A DNA stretch of 64,000 nucleotides from an uncultured Gammaproteobacteria bacterium (GTDB lineage Bacteria > Patescibacteriota > Microgenomatia > UBA8517). Position 1 is the first letter of the stretch. Each line of letters opens with the position of its first letter. The position numbers and the translations under genes are program-made. Location of the stretch: the NCBI GenBank assembly GCA_964502815.1, contig CAZCXV010000003.1, forward strand, positions 4,694 through 68,693, read 5' to 3'. This document shows positions 58,135-64,000 of the stretch, piece after piece. A model generated the notes under the pieces. That model was not told the origin of the DNA and ran no database searches. It worked only from the letters and a program-made list of their open reading frames with translations.

Positions 58135-58906
58135 GGCAGGTTCTGATTCTATTTCTACTGCCAATAGAGAAAATTGTGATGCTTTCATTTGTGCTCCTCA
58201 GTTTGGTTTATTTCTAGTTTGTGACGGAGTTGGTTCTGATGGTGGAATCGCAGCCAGGATGGTTGGTAAAAAACTATTTAACATGGCAAGAATTGGTAGA
58301 TTGCATGTTAACAATTTAAGAGAGTCTGTTGAACGTGTGGATGAACTACTAACCAGATGGAACAAAATTCATAAAGAAAGAGGTAACAAGAGGTCTTTGA
58401 CTACCTTGTCAGTTTTAGTAATTAACGAACAAGGGATTGGTAGGTGGGCAAATATCGGGGATAGCAGAATTGGTTTACGTAGAGGTGGAGAACTAATATT
58501 TCTTTCAATTGAGGATCTTTCAGTACTATCGGGTCTTTCAGATGAAGAAAAAATAGTTTACTTAAATGCATTTGATAATGTAGACAAATTAGCTGATTTA
58601 GATCAGTCTCAAAGAAAATGCTGGGACTACAGAAACCATATAGACAACAATCTAGGGTCTGGTGATGTAAGGATTAACGAAGGAGAAGTTGTGATAATGC
58701 GTGGAGATGTATTTTTTCTTGCAACTGACGGATTAGATAATCTGACTATTGGACAAAAGACAAAAATAATAAATGAAAATGGAAACTCAGCCGATCAAAT
58801 AGCCAAACATTTAGCTGGTCGGGCCGCAACTGTTTCCTGTTCTAATTCTGAAAGGAAACATAGAGACGATATAACAGATGTTGTTGTTATTGTTAAGAGA
58901 AGTTAA
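58124..58906 (+). CDS. PP2C-family protein phosphatase
   Basis: ENCDA, VCDGVG, NIGDSR, ATDGL, DDIT. Confidence 0.82.
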   Translation: MLIEAGSDSISTANRENCDAFICAPQFGLFLVCDGVGSDGGIAARMVGKKLFNMARIGRLHVNNLRESVERVDELLTRWNKIHKERGNKRSLTTLSVLVINEQGIGRWANIGDSRIGLRRGGELIFLSIEDLSVLSGLSDEEKIVYLNAFDNVDKLADLDQSQRKCWDYRNHIDNNLGSGDVRINEGEVVIMRGDVFFLATDGLDNLTIGQKTKIINENGNSADQIAKHLAGRAATVSCSNSERKHRDDITDVVVIVKRS

Positions 58907-58915
58907 GATATAACC

Positions 58916-59761
58916 ATGCCGGAATTACCAGAAGTTGAAGCTATTAAAAATCAGTTGGTTAAATATCTTCAAAACCATACTCTTGAAAAGATACAAGTTA
59001 GGAATCGAAAAATCTTTCAAGGAGAAGAAAAAAATTTAATTGGGGCAAAGTTTATAGGAGTTAGAAGATTTGGAAAAGTAACTTCTATGGATTTTAACAA
59101 TGGTTATTCAGTTGTAACCCATGTCAAAATGACTGGTCAATTTATTTATAGAGGGCCAAACCTAAAAAATCCCCAACCGCTTTCGCCAAAAGTAATTGGT
59201 GGAGTACCTGGATCACACACGCATGTTATTTTTTATTTTGACAAAGGAGGCATACTTTACTATAACGATTTGAGGAGATTCTCGTGGATGAAAGTTGTCT
59301 CTACCAAGGAAGTAGAAAACTTAGACTTCATTAATAAATTAGGACCAGAACCATTCAAGGATTTAACTCTGGAGATTTTTAAAGAAATCTTACAGAAAAA
59401 CAAAAGATCTGTAAAAGTTGTTTTGATGGATCAATCCAAAATAGGGGGTATTGGCAACATTTACGCAAATGATGCCCTAAACCTTGCAAAAATCTTGCCA
59501 GACAGAAAATCAAATTCCCTAACAGATGAAGAAATTGAAAAGCTCTATGGTGCAATTATTAAGGTATTGGAAACGGGCATTAAAACAGGAGGAGCAAGCG
59601 AGAATGCTTTTGTAACTCCCGATGGGACGGAAGGCAACTATCAAGATCATAGTTTAGTATATGCCAGGGCTGGACAAAGGTGTCCCAACTGTGGAAATAA
59701 AATAATCAAGAAAATGTTAGGCGGCAGAGGTACTTTTTACTGTGATAATTGCCAAAAATAG
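58916..59761 (+). CDS. mutM: Formamidopyrimidine-DNA glycosylase
   Basis: MPELPEVE, H.KMTG, GIGNIYA, C-terminal CPNC...RGTFYC..CQ. Confidence 0.96.
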   Translation: MPELPEVEAIKNQLVKYLQNHTLEKIQVRNRKIFQGEEKNLIGAKFIGVRRFGKVTSMDFNNGYSVVTHVKMTGQFIYRGPNLKNPQPLSPKVIGGVPGSHTHVIFYFDKGGILYYNDLRRFSWMKVVSTKEVENLDFINKLGPEPFKDLTLEIFKEILQKNKRSVKVVLMDQSKIGGIGNIYANDALNLAKILPDRKSNSLTDEEIEKLYGAIIKVLETGIKTGGASENAFVTPDGTEGNYQDHSLVYARAGQRCPNCGNKIIKKMLGGRGTFYCDNCQK

Positions 59762-59786
59762 TTTAACAACATGGTAAACTTCTGAT

Positions 59787-60836
59787 GTGCCAATTACAAA
59801 AATCCATTTAACTGACTTTAGGAGTTTTACAGACAAGCTTTTGTCTTTTTCTTCCAAAACAACTGTTATTGTTGGCCCTAATGCCATTGGTAAGACAAAT
59901 ATTTTGGAAAGCATTTTTCTTCTTTCAACAGGCAAGAGTTTCCGAGCTAGAATTGAAGAAGAAATGATTAACTATGGACAAGAATTGGCAAGAGTGAAGG
60001 GACTTATTGGGGAAAACAAATTGGAAGTACTTTTAACTAGAGGAGAGATCAAGATAACTAATACCTCAGTTTCTAAAGTTTCAAAGAAAAGACTTCTGGT
60101 CAACGGGATACCTAAAAGACTTGTAGACTTTGCCAAAAATTTCCACGTTGTTTTATTTGCACCCCAGGATATGGATCTAGTTACTGAGTCACCAAGCCTA
60201 AGAAGAAGATTTTTAGATATATTACTTTCCCAAGCCGATTATGAGTACCGCAGATGTCTTCTGTCCTATGACAAAGGCTTAAGGCAAAGAAACAGGCTGC
60301 TTATCAAAATAAGAGAAGAGGGAGTCTCAAGAAGCCAGCTATATTTTTGGAATAACTTACTGGTTAAAAATGGGGACTATCTTGCTAAAAAAAGAGAAGA
60401 GTTTATTGGCTTTGTAAATCAAACACCCAGTTTCAACAGTAAATCATATGAACTTAAATATGACAAAAGTTCAATTTCGCAAATGAGACTGGATCAATAC
60501 AAAGAAGAAGAAGTAATGGCAGGGACAACACTTGTTGGGCCACATAGGGACGATTTTGTTTTTTTTGAAAGCCAAAGAGATTTGTCTTCATATGGCTCAA
60601 GGGGGGAGCAAAGAATGGCAGTTTTATGGCTCAAACTTGCAGAGCTTTCTTATCTTGAAAAAAGCTTACAAGAAAAACCAACTCTACTTCTGGACGATAT
60701 CTTTTCTGAATTAGACCATGAACACCGAGACATAGTAACAGAAATGACCAAAGGGCAACAAACAATAATAACTACCGCAGACCCGCATTTTATTACCGAA
60801 ATTTCAGGTCTTGAAAAGATAGACTTAGAAGAGTAA
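59787..60836 (+). CDS. recF: DNA replication/repair protein RecF
   Basis: FRSF, GPNAIGKTNILE, SFR, GPHRDD, SRGEQR, LLLDDIFSELD. Confidence 0.95.
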   Translation: MPITKIHLTDFRSFTDKLLSFSSKTTVIVGPNAIGKTNILESIFLLSTGKSFRARIEEEMINYGQELARVKGLIGENKLEVLLTRGEIKITNTSVSKVSKKRLLVNGIPKRLVDFAKNFHVVLFAPQDMDLVTESPSLRRRFLDILLSQADYEYRRCLLSYDKGLRQRNRLLIKIREEGVSRSQLYFWNNLLVKNGDYLAKKREEFIGFVNQTPSFNSKSYELKYDKSSISQMRLDQYKEEEVMAGTTLVGPHRDDFVFFESQRDLSSYGSRGEQRMAVLWLKLAELSYLEKSLQEKPTLLLDDIFSELDHEHRDIVTEMTKGQQTIITTADPHFITEISGLEKIDLEE

Positions 60837-60845
60837 ATTGTTTTC

Positions 60846-61043
60846 GTGGGTGAAAGACGCAGAGGCACACTGAGGGTTCCAGAAAACCAATATAGATTTG
60901 ATATTGTAGATGGTGTGTTAAGAATTTTACCAATGAAAAATATACCAGCTCCTAAACCTCAACTTCCAGATCCTGAATATTTTAACGATCTTCATGAAGA
61001 TGCTGACCAAAACCACAAAGTTAGATTAGGTTCTCTTAATTAA
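60846..61043 (+). CDS. Small hypothetical protein
   Basis: 65-aa ORF 9 nt after recF; no motif recognised. Confidence 0.4.
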   Translation: MGERRRGTLRVPENQYRFDIVDGVLRILPMKNIPAPKPQLPDPEYFNDLHEDADQNHKVRLGSLN

Positions 61044-61102
61044 TTTCATTTTAGAATGATCACTCTTGTTTTCCGCTAATTATGCGGTAAAATAATGAAG
61101 TA

Positions 61103-62170
61103 ATGTATTCTCCAAAGTATTTGATTACGAATTCTATTCTTAAGGCCGTTGGCCAAGTAGAGGCTGCCAAAGAGGTTATTGAAAATGCTCCTTTGGTTCC
61201 AACCTATGAAAAACAGTTTGTAAACGATGCCATAGTAAGGACTATTTATCATGGAACCCATATTGAGGGTAATGATTTAACTTTAACTGAAACCAAAAAA
61301 GTTCTTGAAGGATTTGAAGTGTATGCCAGGCCAAGAGATGTCCAGGAAATAATTAATTACCGAAATGCAGTCAAGCTGATAGATGACATAAAAATTCAAG
61401 ATACACCTTACACTATTGATCTTCTAAAAAAAATTCATTCCTTAACTGTCTATAGAATTGTGGCAGAAGAAAAGACAGGGGTACTTCGAAGTACCCAAGT
61501 AGTCATTAAAGAAGAAGGAACCGGTAAGGTGATTTTGGCTCCACCTGCCTATATTGAAGTTCCATTTTTACTAGATGAATTTTTTAACTGGCTAAACTCT
61601 CCTGAGGCCAAACAAATCCACCCAATATTGAGGGCTGGCATCGCTCATTATGTCCTGGTCGCCATTCATCCCTTTGTAGAAGGCAATGGCCGGACTACCA
61701 GAGCCCTTGCAATGCTTATCTTACTTCGTGAAGGCTATGACATTAAAAGATTCTTTGCTCTTGAAGAGCATTTTGATACCGATCTAGCAGCTTACTATGA
61801 AGCCTTTTTTAAAGTAGACACTCAAGCTACTAATATTGCCCAAAGAGATTTGACTCCTTGGCTTGAGTATTTTACTGAAGTTGTGGCAGTTGAGCTTACT
61901 AGAATAAAAGAAAAAATTAGAAGATTGTCAGTGGATTCAAGATTAAAAATGAAAATTGGGACCCAAATTGCCTTAACAGAAAGACAGATGAAATTGATGG
62001 AGTTTTTTTCTGACCAGGGAGAAGGAACGATGAAGGAATTTAGGTCAGTACTACCTATGATTTCAGATGATACAGTTCTAAGAGACTTAACAGACCTAAT
62101 TAAAAAAGGCGTTATTAAAAAGGAAGGAAGCACAAAAGCAGCCAAGTACAAACTAATTGGAACAAAATGA
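61103..62170 (+). CDS. Fic-family protein with C-terminal winged HTH
   Basis: HPFVEGNGRTTR Fic motif; N-terminal GTHIEGN; C-terminal RDL.DL...G.I.K.G. Confidence 0.92.
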   Translation: MYSPKYLITNSILKAVGQVEAAKEVIENAPLVPTYEKQFVNDAIVRTIYHGTHIEGNDLTLTETKKVLEGFEVYARPRDVQEIINYRNAVKLIDDIKIQDTPYTIDLLKKIHSLTVYRIVAEEKTGVLRSTQVVIKEEGTGKVILAPPAYIEVPFLLDEFFNWLNSPEAKQIHPILRAGIAHYVLVAIHPFVEGNGRTTRALAMLILLREGYDIKRFFALEEHFDTDLAAYYEAFFKVDTQATNIAQRDLTPWLEYFTEVVAVELTRIKEKIRRLSVDSRLKMKIGTQIALTERQMKLMEFFSDQGEGTMKEFRSVLPMISDDTVLRDLTDLIKKGVIKKEGSTKAAKYKLIGTK

Positions 62171-62370
62171 ATTTAGCCAACCCACAATTTTTGTATGTAA
62201 TTTTAGTTCTTCCAGGGCTTTTTGGCCTAACACTAACAGGAGAAGGATTATATCGGTGTGTGCATGAGGAATACAGCGGAATAATAAGTATTATCTTTGG
62301 AGTTATATTTTTAGTAGGAGTGATCTTTGCCTATCTTTTCTTTTCCACTTATTTAGGAACTAAGGTTTGA
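62167..62370 (+). CDS. Small two-TM membrane protein
   Basis: ATGA overlap with fic; two hydrophobic segments. Confidence 0.65.
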   Translation: MNLANPQFLYVILVLPGLFGLTLTGEGLYRCVHEEYSGIISIIFGVIFLVGVIFAYLFFSTYLGTKV

Positions 62371-62427
62371 GAAGGTTTTACCTCTATTCTACTCACAACT
62401 GCACCAGGTAGGAACTAAACACTTCCT

Positions 62428-62613
62428 GTGGTGATCTATATTTTAAGGGGTACCTGTCATTATGACACTGAAACAGACTCGCTTTCTGTTAGTGTTAAAA
62501 ATCTACCAAAAAGTACTAGACTCCGTTATGTTAATGATGAAATTGCTGTTTATCTTACCCCTAGCTACGAGGTAAAAGGTATATTTATAGAATCTTCCAG
62601 GCTAACTTTTTAA
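62428..62613 (+). CDS. DUF2283-like small protein (possibly degenerate)
   Basis: YDTETDSLSVSV...DEIAV.L....VKGIFIE pattern. Confidence 0.4.
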   Translation: MVIYILRGTCHYDTETDSLSVSVKNLPKSTRLRYVNDEIAVYLTPSYEVKGIFIESSRLTF

Positions 62614-62699
62614 GTATTTCAACTATTTCAGGAAAGTAAAAATTCGGTATTCCTTTTAAGTATTTCAACTATTTCAGGAAAGTAAAAATTTGGTATTCC
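62608..62699. repeat. 46-bp tandem duplication (2 copies, 1 mismatch)
   Basis: TTTTAAGTATTTCAACTATTTCAGGAAAGTAAAAATT(C/T)GGTATTCC at 62608-62653 and 62654-62699. Confidence 0.95.
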
Positions 62700-62843
62700 T
62701 TGAACTCTTCTTTTTCCATCTATAAAAAGTGCTAAGGTTTCTTGGTAGGGAATGTTAATCACAAATGCGGTTGATGCAACTGCGCACCCCAACCCGTCTT
62801 CTTGAGCTACAGGCTTTCGCGATTCTGAATGAACCGTTTTCAT
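62628..62843 (-). pseudogene. Truncated C39-like cysteine peptidase fragment
   Basis: PVAQEDGLGCAVASTAFV (Q-x5-C motif); the ORF terminates within the 46-bp duplication. Confidence 0.5.
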
Positions 62844-62883
62844 GCTTTGATTATATATCTATTGTTAACCAATTAGATTAAAA

Positions 62884-62940
62884 AACAAGTTCTACAATCG
62901 AAGAAAGTGAGAGTGCCAAGCTTCGCTTATCAGGTGGAGC
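62884..62940 (+). repeat. Direct repeat copy 1 flanking the dinD-like gene (attC-like, 10-bp internal deletion)
   Basis: AACAAGTTCTACAATCGAAGAAAGTGAGAGTGCCAAGCTTCGCTTA + TCAGGTGGAGC. Confidence 0.9.
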
Positions 62941-63040
62941 TTGATAAACAACTAATATTTGAAAAAATTGTCTTCAATTTATCCTCGCAGTACCATTTTC
63001 GGTATTGTTAATATGGTACACTCGTTGTATTATCTTTATT

Positions 63041-63895
63041 ATGCAAAATAACTCAACTGAGCTTCAAGGAAGTTTGGAATTAATTAAGAAAACAATAGAA
63101 AGTTTGGAATATTGGTCTGCTAGAGACTTGATGTCTCATCTAGGCTATTCAACATGGGAAAGTTTTAGAACAGCTATTACTCGTGCACAGGAATCTTGCC
63201 AGCAAGCAGGACAATTAGTTGAGGACCATTTTCGTGACGTCACGAAAATGGTTGTATTAGGTTCAGGTAGTCAACGAGCAATAGAAGATTTACTTTTAAC
63301 TCGATATGCATGTTATTTGATTGCACAAAACGGTGATCCCCGTAAACCGCAGATTGCGGCTGCTCAAAATTATTTTGCAATCCAAACACGAAGACAGGAA
63401 ATATGGGAACAAAGAACTGTTGAAAACAAGCGCTTGGAAGAAAGAGATAAGCTACGAGATACAGAAAAGAAAATCGAAAGGACAGTCTATCAACGAGGAA
63501 TAACCCAAAGCATCGAGTTTGCAACTTTCAAAAATAGACATATAGAAGCTCTTTATGGTGGTATTAATACACCTGACCTAAAAAGAAAGCGGGGAATTCC
63601 AAAAGGTAGAGCTCTAGCCGATTTTGATACAGATGTAGAACTTAAAGCAAAGAATTTTGCTCTAGGGATGACAGATCATAACATTCGAACAAACAACTTG
63701 GTTGGAAGAGATAGACTTGAAAGAGAGGTTGTTGCCAACAGTTCTGCCACTAGAGATGCATTGCTGGCGCGTGGCATTATTCCAGAGAAATTGAAACCTG
63801 AGGAAGATGTCAAAAAGATAGAAAGACGCCGCGCAAAAGAGCAAAAGGCAATAGAGGCTGATCTAAATCAAGCCTTAAATAAACTCGCAAAATAA
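63041..63895 (+). CDS. dinD: DinD-like DNA-damage-inducible protein (Bro-N-related)
   Basis: EYWSARDLM..LGY..W..F...I.RA..SC, LTRYACYLIAQNGDPRK.QIA.AQ.YFAIQTRRQE. Confidence 0.88.
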   Translation: MQNNSTELQGSLELIKKTIESLEYWSARDLMSHLGYSTWESFRTAITRAQESCQQAGQLVEDHFRDVTKMVVLGSGSQRAIEDLLLTRYACYLIAQNGDPRKPQIAAAQNYFAIQTRRQEIWEQRTVENKRLEERDKLRDTEKKIERTVYQRGITQSIEFATFKNRHIEALYGGINTPDLKRKRGIPKGRALADFDTDVELKAKNFALGMTDHNIRTNNLVGRDRLEREVVANSSATRDALLARGIIPEKLKPEEDVKKIERRRAKEQKAIEADLNQALNKLAK

Positions 63896-63960
63896 CAAGT
63901 TCTACAATCGAAGAAAGTGAGAGTGCCAAGCTTCGCTTAACTTTGTCCATCAGGTGGAGC
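63894..63960 (+). repeat. Direct repeat copy 2 flanking the dinD-like gene (attC-like)
   Basis: Same 46 bp as copy 1, then ACTTTGTCCA, then TCAGGTGGAGC; overlaps the dinD stop as TAAC. Confidence 0.9.
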
Positions 63961-64000
63961 ACAAAATGATGGTAGGGTATAATTGCTCAAGAATATGAAA

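Noticed and set aside
960-63844. Numerous 60-200 aa ORFs antisense or out of frame within well-supported genes (e.g. 39089-39700, 57624-58037, 37502-37894)
   Set aside because: Shadow ORFs of strongly conserved genes with no recognisable motifs
62608-63960. Repeats considered as a CRISPR array
   Set aside because: Only two copies each, with no spacer-sized unique intervals and no cas genes
1-64000. Alternative genetic code (TGA=Gly, as in Gracilibacteria/Absconditabacteria)
   Set aside because: Conserved genes are full length under code 11 and several end at TGA in the expected place (e.g. gap, pduO, 5'-3' exonuclease)

Overview
This is an AT-rich 64-kb chromosomal segment using the standard genetic code (TGA acts as stop). 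It is most likely from a Patescibacteria/CPR bacterium of Microgenomates-like type; this is inferred from the archaeal-type TpiA, split transketolase, DUF5667-like gene, stand-alone 5'-3' exonuclease, tRNA-Ile(UAU) and lack of biosynthesis genes. Positions 1-5.8 kb are the right part of an element integrated at tRNA-Asn. It is one tightly coupled operon: a Rep-like gene, an excisionase-like HTH, five otherwise unrelated proteins that all start with the same 21-residue zinc-ribbon head, and a large serine recombinase whose C-terminus reads into the tRNA. The core chromosome carries surface glycosylation genes (two ArnT/PMT-like paralogs overlapping head-to-head) and a glycolysis/pentose-phosphate cluster. 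It also has two class A PBPs flanking a probable orphan DGR target gene, nrdR-nrdJ-pduO with NrdR boxes, a VirD4/HerA-like ATPase, four tRNAs and trpS. Further right are an intein-containing ftsH, mutM, recF, a Fic gene and a dinD-like gene bracketed by attC-like direct repeats. Main leads: the zinc-ribbon-headed gene array, the orphan DGR-like variable region, the FtsH intein, the repeat-flanked dinD cassette, the mutually overlapping glycosyltransferase genes, and a collapsed serine-recombinase island at tRNA-Ile. All family assignments come from motif recognition by eye, not from database searches.
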